In this document: piece by piece, positions 32,132 through 44,100 of the stretch | Layout: every line of letters begins with the position of its first letter | Numbering within the stretch: position 1 is the stretch's first letter | Origin: Hormoscilla sp. | GTDB taxonomy: Bacteria > Cyanobacteriota > Cyanobacteriia > Cyanobacteriales > Desertifilaceae | DNA length: 64,000 nucleotides | Direction: 5' to 3' | NCBI GenBank assembly: GCA_051439505.1 | Contig: JBFRWI010000151.1 | Span: forward strand, 1 to 64,000 | The notes under the pieces: generated by a model | Seen by the model: the letters and a program-made list of their open reading frames with translations, nothing else | Databases searched by the model: none | Told to the model about the DNA's origin: nothing | Program-made: the position numbers and the translations under genes

Positions 32132-32779
32132 TTGCCAAACTTAGAAATATTGATTGTTGACGACCACCATCTGCTGCTGAATGGTACGATCGCCCTGGTG
32201 CGCGATCGCTTTCCTCATGCGGATATCGTCTCTACCCGCACGGTCCGAGAAACCCTCGATCGGGTGTCCGGAAGGATGCCAGATCTGGCCATCGTAGACT
32301 TATCTATTCCCGATACATTGGGGAGTGAGGCCACCGTTAGCAATGGATTAAAATTGTTACAACAGTTAATGTCAAAGTATCCCGAGCTAAATTTGATGAT
32401 CCAAAGCAGCTACGTCAAAGCATTAATTCGCATTCAGCCAGAAATCGAAAATCACCAAGGAGGATTTACCATTGTGGACAAAAGTCTTCCTGTAGAGGTA
32501 TTCGTGAAGCGCATGGAATGGGCCTTAGAAGGGTTAACTCATACCAAAGACATGCAAACCGATCTGGAATTAAAACCGGAATGGCTAGAAACCCTAGAAC
32601 TAGCATTTAATCAAGGGCTGCAAGACAAAGCGATCGCCATAGCAATGTTCAAATCAGAACGGAACATTCGCCATTACTGGACGAAAATTCAAGACGCCCT
32701 GGGAGTGTACCCAGAAGAAGGAAAAAACCTTCGCAGTCTCACCCAAATTCGCGCCCGAGAACTGGGGTTGCTCGACTGA
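32132..32779 (+). CDS. NarL-type response regulator
   Basis: IVDDHH, AIVDLSIP receiver; C-terminal HTH GLQDKAIA...RNIRHYWTKIQDAL; TTG start with RBS. Confidence 0.88.
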   Translation: MPNLEILIVDDHHLLLNGTIALVRDRFPHADIVSTRTVRETLDRVSGRMPDLAIVDLSIPDTLGSEATVSNGLKLLQQLMSKYPELNLMIQSSYVKALIRIQPEIENHQGGFTIVDKSLPVEVFVKRMEWALEGLTHTKDMQTDLELKPEWLETLELAFNQGLQDKAIAIAMFKSERNIRHYWTKIQDALGVYPEEGKNLRSLTQIRARELGLLD

Positions 32780-32815
32780 TTGTTCTGCTATGCTACTGAG
32801 GAGTTTTATCTTGCC

Positions 32816-34111
32816 ATGTCACGCGAAATTTACATTGCCGAGTTTTATAAGCAAACTAGATACAATACTTTGCTGGTCTGTTTGCTATTACTATTTTTGA
32901 GTTCGACATTAGCTAGCCTTTTTAACTATTTGGAGCCCAACCTTCTGACCATTTACTTAAAATGCCCCCTCTATCTGGGGATCGGCTCCTTATGTTTAGC
33001 CATTTATCTCTACTTCCATCCCGAACGCATAGAGCTCATTTCCCGGCTTGTCAAGTATGGGATTTGGGTAGGGGTGTTCGTTCCCATCAATCTGTTTGTC
33101 CTGGCAGCAAGTTTTTTTCCTGACAAAACTCTGATCGACATCCTACCGCCACCGCTTTTTGCAGGAAATTTTCAGTTTACCTTGAGCCTTTTTATATTTT
33201 TAAGACATCGAAATTGGCGAGTAAACGCCCTCGTGATTTGGTTTTTAGTTGCGGCTCCCGTGCTGTTATATCTGTTGCTCCATCCGATAGAATTGCAATT
33301 TCTACGAGGAAAAGATTTAGCCTTTGCTTTCGGTCCGGCTTTAGGAGGAAACCTCATTTTAGTTGCTTTTATCATGCACATCCAAGAATTAATTGAAAAA
33401 CTCTTTGCCGAGCGGATCGAGCACTATGAGGAAATTGTAGAGCGGCAAACAATACGCCAGGAATGCATAGAAGAAGCCTTTGCACTCATTCATAACGGCC
33501 CGTTACAAACTCTGGCCCTACTGCTGCGGGAAGCCAGACAACAGGACATTCCCAAAGCAGAACTGATCGATCGCCTGGATCGGCTGAATGCTGAAATTCG
33601 CGCCATCGGAGGTCTGACGGCCCAAATGCCAGCAATGGATCCGACAGCTACCAGTGAAACCTTGCATTTAGGAGATGGAACGAATATCGATCTCGACAAT
33701 CCCCTGCACCTGTTATTACGAGAAGTTTATACCCACACCTTAGGTCGAGATCTGCCTCACTTCCAAAAAGTGCGGGTCAAAGTGCGGGACTTTCAGGCTT
33801 TGGGAGAAATTCTATCCAACGATCTGAAGCGAGAATTGTGTTTGTGGCTGGAAGAGGCCCTCTGCAATGTGGGAAAACATGCTGTGGGGGCGACGCGCAT
33901 TACGGCAACGGGACGATTTCAGGGCGATCGCTACGTACTGAAAGTAGAAGATAACGGCCCGGGATTGGCAGGGAAAAAGCGCAGTTCGGGCACCAAAAAC
34001 AGCGAGGCTTTAGCCGGGCGACTGGGAGGTAGTTTTCGGCGATCATCTTTGCCCCAAGGTGGGACGAGCTGCGAGTTATCTTGGCCCTTTAATGTCACCT
34101 ATATCAGGTAA
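32816..34111 (+). CDS. Membrane sensor histidine kinase (HisKA_3-like)
   Basis: About six TM segments, IHNGPLQ H-box, EALCNVGKHA N-box, VEDNGPG G1 box; start 32816 or 32780. Confidence 0.85.
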   Translation: MSREIYIAEFYKQTRYNTLLVCLLLLFLSSTLASLFNYLEPNLLTIYLKCPLYLGIGSLCLAIYLYFHPERIELISRLVKYGIWVGVFVPINLFVLAASFFPDKTLIDILPPPLFAGNFQFTLSLFIFLRHRNWRVNALVIWFLVAAPVLLYLLLHPIELQFLRGKDLAFAFGPALGGNLILVAFIMHIQELIEKLFAERIEHYEEIVERQTIRQECIEEAFALIHNGPLQTLALLLREARQQDIPKAELIDRLDRLNAEIRAIGGLTAQMPAMDPTATSETLHLGDGTNIDLDNPLHLLLREVYTHTLGRDLPHFQKVRVKVRDFQALGEILSNDLKRELCLWLEEALCNVGKHAVGATRITATGRFQGDRYVLKVEDNGPGLAGKKRSSGTKNSEALAGRLGGSFRRSSLPQGGTSCELSWPFNVTYIR

Positions 34112-34477
34112 AATAACTCGATCGTCCCCCAAATATTCAATGCCTTCAGCAACCTCTTTGTATACCTGACACAGATATTCCCGCAGCAGCTGTGCGGACA
34201 TGGGGTTTCTATCCGTTTCGCGAATCAGAAACGCCAGGGTTTGTAAAGGGCGATCGTGCAATTGACAAAAGCAACGGTTCATCAGTTCGCGATCGCGGCG
34301 AATGCAAGCTTGGAGAAATTGCATTTTATTCCATAGATGGTGAAAGTACCAAGCTCCGATGGCCAAACTAGCCACCATCGCCGCGATCGCCACCATCGCC
34401 ACCATCGCCCCATAGGCCATCCCAGCCATCCCTAACATTATAGACATTAAACGATACCAAAATCCACAGCCAGGCAT
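34076..34477 (-). CDS. Small membrane protein with HisKA_3-like H-box but no ATPase domain
   Basis: Hydrophobic N-terminus then LHDRPLQTLAFLIRE, similar to IHNGPLQTLALLLRE of the neighbouring kinase. Confidence 0.6.
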   Translation of the reverse strand: MPGCGFWYRLMSIMLGMAGMAYGAMVAMVAIAAMVASLAIGAWYFHHLWNKMQFLQACIRRDRELMNRCFCQLHDRPLQTLAFLIRETDRNPMSAQLLREYLCQVYKEVAEGIEYLGDDRVILPDIGDIKGPR

Positions 34478-34496
34478 CCGTTATGGCCAGCCTTAA

Positions 34497-34729
34497 TACT
34501 TCTCGGTTAATAACTTGTCATTGCGAGGGGGGGAACCTAAATCAACATTGTGAGTACCTTCGCTTATATCCCCCCCCGAAGCAATCTCACCTCTGACACC
34601 AAACCGATCTTCCTCTCATACAGGGCGGGAGGATTGCTTCGGGGGGGTTAACTCGGTTGAGCATAAGTTAATCGCTATGTACCCCCCCCCTCGCAATGAC
34701 AGACAGATCAGATCCTTAACAGAGAAGTA
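34497..34729. mobile_element. MITE with nested palindromes flanked by 16-bp direct repeats
   Basis: TIR tacttctcggttaa / ttaacagagaagta; inner tgtcattgcgag/ctcgcaatgaca and cgaagcaatc/gattgcttcg; flanks ttatggccagccttaa and ttatggtcagccttaa. Confidence 0.75.
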
Positions 34730-35144
34730 TTATGGTCAGCCTTAAGAATCAGTATCTCAGAGAGACCGGCAAGTCCCATTACCGAAAACTGCCAACTTAC
34801 TTTGCACTTTTCTGCAAAGTAAGTTGGCACAAAAGTGTAATGACTTCGACGGGCGGACGAGCAACAATGAAATCGTGAGCCGTTATCGATGGTGCCAATC
34901 TGGGGTACCAGGGTTCAAACCTTTGCACGATCAAGGCCCCCGGAAAATATGAAGATTACATTAAGGAATTCACTCCTTATTCTCCAGATAGTTCAAACTA
35001 GAACAGCAGCTTGGGTTATAGCCTTGTTGAGGTGAATATCGAAAATATCAAAAGACTTATGCCCCCTTATGCCCTGGTACTTATTACATTCGATCTCATG
35101 CCGTCGATCGTCTCGTTCAAATCATCGTTGCATCTGATAAACCC

Positions 35145-38100
35145 ATGTCTATGAACGCCAATATTTCTCTAGAAACTTCTGCCGCTAACCTCAATAGGGC
35201 CATTTCCGAGACCCAAGCACTCCTCAAAGCATTCGTGAGGGACGATCGCTTTCGGGTAGAGGACCTGACAAATGCCTTTCACGCGGGGGTACATGAGGAG
35301 GAGTTCTCCCAACTGCTCGGACAGTTTGAGCTTGGGGACTTCAGCGGGTTGCCCAATATTGAGATGCGATCGCGATCGGACACCGGTGGTGCCCTGGGGG
35401 TCTACGTCGCGGACACGGATATGATTTATCTGGCGGAGGACTTTTTGGAGAACAGCACCATCTCCCAAATTGTGGAAGTGCTGCTGGAGGAAATAGGCCA
35501 CGCGATCGATGCCCGCATAAACGCTACAGATAGTGCGGGGGATGAGGGGGCGATTTTCTCGGCTTTGGTGCGCGGGGTAGATCTGAGTGAGGCCCAGTTG
35601 GAGGCGTTACACCGGGAAAACGATCGCATCCAACTGGTGATTGACGGTCAAACAGTGATGGCAGAGGCGGCCACGATTATGGTGGATACCCTAAATGATA
35701 CGGAAGATTCTGGTGATGGAGTGACGAGTTTGCGGGAAGCATTGGCCAGTGCGACCAGCGGTGACACCATTACCTTTGATTCTGGGGGAACGATTACTCT
35801 GGGGGGATCCCAGTTGGAGATTACGAAGGATGTGACGATCGATGGCGATATCGATAATGAAGGTACGCCGGATATCACTATTGATGCCGATGGTCAAAGC
35901 CGCGTGTTTAATATTGATGATGGAAGCACCACACAGATTGCCGTGTCCTTGGAGGGTCTGACGATAACGGGGGGTAGCATCTCGGGAAATGATGATGGTG
36001 GTGGGATTTACAACAGCGAATCTCTCAGCATAACTAATAGCACGATTAGTAATAACTCGACTGGAACTGGAAATAATCCCCGCGGTGGGGGCATTAACAA
36101 TAATTCGGGTATAGTGGTCATCACCAATAGCACGATCAGCGGCAATTCGGCAGGTGCTGATGGTGGGGGAATTGAGAATTTTCTGGGTACGATGACCATC
36201 GCCAACAGCACGATAAGTAACAATTCGGCGGCAGGTTATGATGGTGGGGGTATTGATAATATTGTGGGTACGATGACCATCGCCAACAGCACGATAAGTG
36301 GCAACTCGGCAGGTGATGATGGTGGTGGGGTTAAGAACAGTGGTATGATAACCATCACCAACAGTACGATAAGTGGCAATTCGGCAGGTGATGATGGTGG
36401 TGGGGTTAACGTTAGCAGCAGCGGCCTAAGCGGATTCATTCCCTATGCCTATCTGGCTAGTACGATCGTGGCAGACAACACTGCTGGAATCAGTGATAAC
36501 GATCTTTTTGTTGATGCGAGTGGCACGATCAGTGCTAGGAACAGTCTCATAGAAAGGGACTCTGACCAAATTAACGGCACGAACACTGACAATATTACTG
36601 GAGTAGACCCGCTTCTGGACCCCAATGGATTGCAAGATAACGGCGGTTCGACAGAGACGATCGCCCTCCAATCTGATTCGCCAGCGATAGATACTGGCAG
36701 CAACCCGAATGGTTTAACTAGCGACCAGCGGGGGGATAATTTGCGGGAGTTCGGGGCCGGGGTTGATATCGGCGCGTTTGAATATCAGCTCCAGATCGCC
36801 AGCATTTCAGACTATACAGCGACTATATACGAAACCAGTGCTGACTTTGGCAAAGCCCTGGCTCTTGACGGTGATGAAGATTATGTGGCCTTACCGGAAC
36901 TGGGATTCTCAGGAGGAAATACCAGTGTTTCTGTTTCTGCATGGTTTAAGGTCAACGAGTCTGCCGGAGAGAGAAACAATATATTTGGCTTTGGTCAGGA
37001 TGGCTCGACCCGTGAGACTTTCTCTATTCGTACCAGAGGAGATGGTGGCTTCCGTTTTTACTTCTGGGGAGATGACCTGGATGTAGATGTAGATCCTTAT
37101 TATGGAGAATGGACCCATGTAGCCGCCACCTACGATGATACTAGCGAAATGCAATCGGTATACGTGAATGGCAGCTTGGCGGGCGAACGCCAGGTTAGCA
37201 GTACACCGAATTTTGCCAATAAAAGTTATCGCATCGGCGGTTTCAACGATGAATATTTTGATGGCAGCATTGATGAAGTGCGGATTTGGGAGGCGGCCCT
37301 CACTGCCGAAGAAATACAGGATAATCTCTACAGCCCCCTCACTGGTACGGAAAAAGACCTGGTGGCTTACTACAGCTTTGAGGATGATGCTACGACGATC
37401 GCGGATCAAAGTGGCAATGAAAATAACGGGACTCTCCAAGGCGGTGCGTTTGATGAATCTTTGTCTTTTATAGGCTACGTGGACCTGGAACTCAGCAGTG
37501 AAGTCTTTTCGGAGCCGGGAATTATCGTTAATTATACGATCGAGAGCGATACGGCATCAGAGGGAGATGACTTCTATCAATCCCAGTTGGATATCAGCAC
37601 TACCGATGGAGTTGACCCCACTAACTCGATTTTCATTCCCCAAGGAGAAGATACGGGCCGGATTTATTTGACCGCCCTGCCCGATGCGATCGCGGAAGAC
37701 GACGAAGAATTAACCCTGCGACTGGTTTCCGACTTTGACGATGCCCTATCTCTGGATGGGGATGGAGATTATGTAGATGTCCCTGATGGAACCTGGTTTA
37801 ATGGAGATTTGACCATAGAAGCTTGGGTATATGTACGCAACTATAACAATTGGTCGCGCCTCCTAGATTTTGGCAATGGTCGAGCCGATGATAATGTGTT
37901 GGTTGCCTTGTCGAATGGTACGAGTGGACAACCTCGTTTTGGTGTTCATCTTGGTGATGACCCAAGCAATTTAGAATCCCCAGTTCAACTGCCACTGGAC
38001 AGTTGGAGTCATATTGCAGTTACTCTCAGCAATACCACAGGCATTATGTACATCAACGGCGAACAGGTAGCCATTAATGAGGCTATGAATATTCCCGCTG

Positions 38101-41100
38101 GTGAGACACGCACGCAAAACTATCTTGGTCGTAGTAATTGGAGTAGCGATGCTGATGCCGATGCTCTATTTGATGATGTGCGCATTTGGGACGTTGCTCG
38201 CACCGAAGAAGAAATCAAAGCTAACCGCTACAATACCCTAGTAGGCGACGAAGATAATTTAGTTGCCTACTACAGGTTTGATGACGGCTATGTGAGTATA
38301 GCAACTACTGAGGATGCAACCGTTGAGGATGTCACGGGTAATGGTAATGATGGCAAATTTCGGGGGGATGCCACTATCACCGCTGATAACTCTGACCGGA
38401 ACAATGTTCTCACTCTAGATGGGGATGGGGATTATATTGAATTACCAAACCTGGAACTCTCAGGAGATACTAGCGTTTCCGTGTCGGCATGGATTAACGT
38501 AAACGCAGGCGCTGAAGACAGAAACAATATATTTGGCTTTGGTAACGCTGGTGAGAACGGTGAGGTTTTCTCTATTCGTACCAGAGGAGATGGTAGCTTC
38601 CGTTTTTACTTCTGGGCAGATGACCTGGATGTAAATGTAAATGATTACTACGGAACATGGACTCATGTAGCCGCCACCTACGATGCTACTAGCGGAATGC
38701 AATCGGTATACGTGAATGGCAGCTTGGTAGGCGAGCCCCGCGTCGCCACGCCGGATTTTGCCAATGACAATTATCGGATCGGTGGTTTCAACGATGAATA
38801 TTTTGATGGTAGCCTTGATGACGTAGGCATTTGGAATAAGGCCCTCAATAGTGAAGAAATAGATGATATTATCAACAATAATATCACAGAGGATGGATTA
38901 TTAGCCTACTATGACTTTGATAAGTATCGAGTCCAGGATGCCACGGGTAACGGCAACGATGGCATCTTCTATGGTGGTGTTACCGAAGAGAGCGTTTATA
39001 ACGATCCGTTCTCGATCGATGGAGAAGGTCCTACCTACGAAGTAGACAGCGCTCAGTCTGCCACCATTACGATCGCGGACAGCAACGCTTACACCCCAGG
39101 GGTCATAGTTGCGGACCTCTTTAATGATGAAATCTCCAGCGACCAAACTGAAAATCTCATCAACATAATTGATGACAGTTGGGAGTTCCAGGTGAAACTG
39201 GCTAGCGAACCCACAGAAGATGTCACCATTGACCTCAGCACGACTTTGGGCAATCTCGATACGAACAGCCTGACCTTCACCTCGGACGACTGGACCCGCT
39301 ATCAAACCGTCACCGTTACCAATTTCTCTAGCGAGGCGGCTTTCGATCTGAGTGTCACCGCCACCAGCAACGATGCAAATTACAGCAGCGCGGAAACCAT
39401 CGCCATTACTCCTACAGATGAGGTGCTCAAGCTGGCGGTCACCGAAGGAGGCACTACCCAGGAAGCACCCATTATTCCGGTTGGCGTCGATGGCACCAGT
39501 AACGCGATCGAGGACAGCGACGAACCGGGGATCTTCACTATTACCTTGGGAGATGAGGCCCCAGAAGAGGGTCTGCGAATTCCCTTTAGCGTCACCAGCG
39601 ACACAGATACAGACTTTGAAGTTGTAGGGGATGAGTTCAGTCTGAATGAAGCCTTCACCTTCGATGGTGTAGACGACTACATTGAATTCAGCGATAGTTC
39701 TGTGGGGGGTGCCTTCGATGGAGGAAGTTCCGCCTTCTCGATTACCGGTTGGATTAACCCCGATGCCCTGGGTTCCACCGTTCTGGCCAATGCCTCTTCC
39801 AGCGCTGCGGGCAACATTGAGTTGGGAATTGATGCCAGTGGCAACCTGAATCTCACCCTCGATACGGACGCCGACACCGATACAACCCTCAACCTGGGGA
39901 ATGGCGCGATCGCGGCTGGGGATTGGCAGTTTTTTGGTCTCACATTGGATGATAGTAATAATGGCCTAGAGCTTGACGGCATTGATGATTATGTCGAGTT
40001 GAATCCCATTCCAGCCACAATCGCTGCTGGAGAAGCCTTAACCATTGAGCATTGGATCAAGCCCGATGCCACAGATGCTCAAATCCTCTTTTATACAGGG
40101 GATAACACGGATGAAAACGGTTTTAATGGTAATGGTTCTCACCTACATACCGGAATCAACAGCGGTGGCAGCTTTACTTTTGTTTATGATGATGATGACA
40201 ACGATCTGATCTTGATCGCCGATACAAGCCTAAATGCGGGGCAATGGTATCACCTGGCGGTAAGCTTTGAGTTAGGCTCCTCCGATGCAGATGGCGAGTT
40301 GAAAATGTACATTGATGGGGAGCAGGTGACGTTCGAGGGCGGTCAGTCCAGTTTGGCAATTAATTCTTTAGCGACGACAAATCTGGATTTTAGCCGTTTT
40401 GGACGACCGGGAAGCAGTGAAAGATACTTTGATGGGGAGGTAGACGAACTCCGAGTTTGGAACGTCGTGCGCACGGCATCCGAAATCGAGAATAACCGCT
40501 TTGTAAGCCTCACTGGCAACGAACCTGGCTTGGTTACCTACTATACCTTTGATGAAAGGGATGATGGGACGATCGCCGATGGCAGTGGCAATGGCAACGA
40601 TGGCACGATCGAGGGATCCCCGAGTTTCGCTCCTTCCCTGGGAACGGTCACCGCTTACATAAATCAACCCGATGAGAGTAATAATGCCCTAGAGCTTGAC
40701 GGCATTGATGATTATGTCGAGTTGAATCCCATTCCAGCCACGATCGCTGCTGGAGAAGCCTTAACCATTGAGCATTGGGTCAAGCCCGATGCCACAGATG
40801 CTCAAATCCTCTTTTATACAGGGGATGACACAGATGAAAACGGTTTTAATGGTCCTGGTTCTCACCTACATACCGGAATCAACAACGGTGGCAGCTTTAC
40901 TTTTGTTTATGATGATGATGACAACGATCATATCTTGATCGCCGATACAAGCCTAAATGCGGGGCAATGGTATCACCTGGCGGCAAGCTTTGAGTTAGGC
41001 TCGGACGATGAAGATGGCGAGTTGAAAATGTACATTGATGGGGAGCAGGTGACGTTTAATGGCGGTCAGTCCAGTTTAGCAATTGATTCTTCAGCGACGA

Positions 41101-44100
41101 CAGCGCTGAATTTTAGCCGTTTTGGACGACCGGGAAGCAGTGAAAGATACTTTGGTGGGGAGGTAGACGAACTCAGAGTTTGGAACGTCGTGCGCACGGC
41201 ATCCGAAATCCAGAATAACCGCTTTCTAAGCCTCACTGGCAACGAATCTGGCTTGGTTACCTACTATACCTTTGATGAAAGCAATAATGGGACGATCGCC
41301 GATGGCAGTGGCAATGGCAACGATGGCACGCTCCAGGGAGCCCCGAGTTTCGCTCCTTCCCTTCTTCGCAACAGGGTCACCGCTGATGAAGAGACTACGA
41401 GCGGTTCATCCCTGGCAGATCCTGGAGATACTCCCTTTACCATCGGCGCATCTCTCAACAATAGCAGTTTCTTTGATGGGGCGATCGACAACCTGGCCAT
41501 ATGGGATCGAGCCCTCACCCAAGAGGAAGTGGAAAGCCTGACCTACCAAACCCTTACCGGTGCGGAAGATAATCTAGTCTTCTACAGCGACGGGGAGACC
41601 CTCCAAGGGGACGCAACTCTGGTCACTTCTAGTCTGGAAGACAGTGGTTTCAGCCAGAACATTGTCGAGTTTGCCCCTGGTGAAACAACGGCGGAAGTGG
41701 GCATATTGCCAATAAATGGAGATGACATCGACAGCAATACAAATGATGACATCACCTTAACCCTGGAAGGCAGTAATTCCGTCCTTTACGAGCTAACCAC
41801 CAGCAGTGCCGAAATTCAGTTGGAAGAGGATGATGAAGTCGGGATAATCTTCGCAACCCTGACAGAACAAGGCATCCTGGACGATCGGGCGATCGCAGAC
41901 CTGATAGATATCGAACTGCTGACCTTTAACTCTTCGGATGATGGGACGACGGCGACGGCGAACTTCCGAGTCCGCCTCACCGAAGATCCAACGGCAGAGG
42001 TGACAGTTACCATAACTGATGGGAATGGCACGGACAGCACCTCATTTACCTTTGACAGCACCAACTGGGATGACTATCAACAGACGGATACGAATAGCAA
42101 CCTGGATCTAACATTCGATTCCAGTTATCTGGTGAACGTCTCCGCCAGTAGCACCGATACATCCGATACAACCTATAACATCAATGCCATGTCCCTGCCC
42201 CTGACGGTAGCAGAGCAAGCAACGGAGATATCGGAGCTATTCACAAAGGAAGCTGATGTGACGGTAACGACGACAACAATAGATATAGAGTTTGCTGATG
42301 CAACAGATCTAACTGTCACGGCGGACAGCCTGGACACGGTGAATCTTCAGATTAGTGCGAGCGCGTCCTTCACCAGTGCGACCCTGATAGAAGGTCAGAC
42401 CCTAGAGTTTGATGGGGGAGTGGAACTGATCGTCGAGGAAAATACAGATATTACGAACGCTCCCACTCCGGTGAATGTCTCTGTCAGCACCGGGGGGACG
42501 ATCGCCACTACAGATGTGGCGGCGGAAATCCCATTAATCGCAACAATAGAGCTAGAGTTTGCTGATGCCACAGATCTAACTGTCACGGCGGGCAGCGTGG
42601 AAACGGTGAATCTTCAGATTATGGCTAATTCGTCCCTCACCAGTGCGACCCTGACACAAGGTCAGACCCTGGTGTTTGATGGGGGAGTGGAACTGATCGT
42701 CACCGAAGATACAGATATTACGGACGCTCCCACTCCGGTGAATGTCTATGTCAGCACGTCCGGGACGATCGCCACTACAGATGCGGCCTCAATCACAACA
42801 ACAGAAGAAACCATAACCACCACGAGTACGTACAGCACCACCTTTGCAGTGGGACTTCAGAGCGAACCCACTAGCGATGTTACCTTTGACCTGGAGATTA
42901 ACGATGCTGGTACCAATGAAGGAATTTTTGACTCGGACACGACAACCAGGAGCCTGACTTTCACCCCTGATAACTGGGATAGCTATCAAGAAGTGACGCT
43001 TTATGGGGTTGAAGACCATGAGGTAGATGGAGATCAAACCTACAGCATCAGCGTTACGAATGTAAGTAATAACGATGGCCCGTATGAGAGCGAGACTGGT
43101 ACCCTCTCAGTCACCAATGAGGACATAGATGAGGCGGTGGAGGAACTGGACTCCGACGAAAGCAGTTTAATCAGTGGCGACATTGTCGCGAGCTTTACTC
43201 AGAGCAAGGTAGAAGTAAATGAAGACGGCACTGTAGACACGACTTTCACCGTCAGCCTAAGCGAAGAAGCCCCCGCAGGGGGACTAATTGTCAACTTTGA
43301 ATTTGTCGAGGGTCTGGGGACAGCTACCCTGGGAGAAGATACTCAAGTACTGTTTTCCCTGGCCTCGGTAGACAATTTCCTGGGTGAGGTAGAAGTCAGT
43401 CCTGAGTTTGGTGCTCAGCCAGTATTTGTGGATATTGATGGTGATGGGGATGAAGATGCTTTCATTGGCAGCTCTAAGGATAATGGGGGGGTGACGTTTT
43501 TCCAAAATCAAGGCACCCGGGACATCCCCAGCTTTGAGGAAATCTCTAATGGTGAGGCGAACGAGATCACTGGAGATCTGATATCCTTGACGGCCAGTAG
43601 CGGAGCACTAGCGTTCGTAGATCTAGACGGCAATGGTGTCTTTGATGCCTTGACCTCGGAAGCAGATCCTGCTGATGCGATAGATGCGATAGATGCGATC
43701 GCCGAAAACCTGGGAAACTTGAGAATCCCCATGTTTGTTGATTCATCGACCTCCAACAATTCCCTGGAGAACATTATCGGGAACTCTTCGACATCCAGCG
43801 ATATCCCACCAGTTCCAGCCTTTGTGGATATCGACGACGATGGGGATGAAGACCTGTTTATCACCTTAGTAGAACAAGATACCGAAAAGATCGTCTACTA
43901 CATCAACGATGGCAGCACCGACGACCCCTTCGGCAGCGCTACTAGCAATGACTTTAATGATTTGTTAGCTGATGGCCAGGCAGCCATATCATCGGAGATA
44001 GAAGGCAAGTCGATCGTCTTTGAAGACATAGATAACGACGGGGACTTCGATGCTTTCATCGGGAAGAACTCAGGGGAGATTGTCTATTACGAGAATGTTC

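Noticed and set aside
39951..41362. Diversity-generating retroelement template/variable repeat pair
   Set aside because: Both copies are in-frame coding, differences are not restricted to adenines, and no reverse transcriptase is in the window
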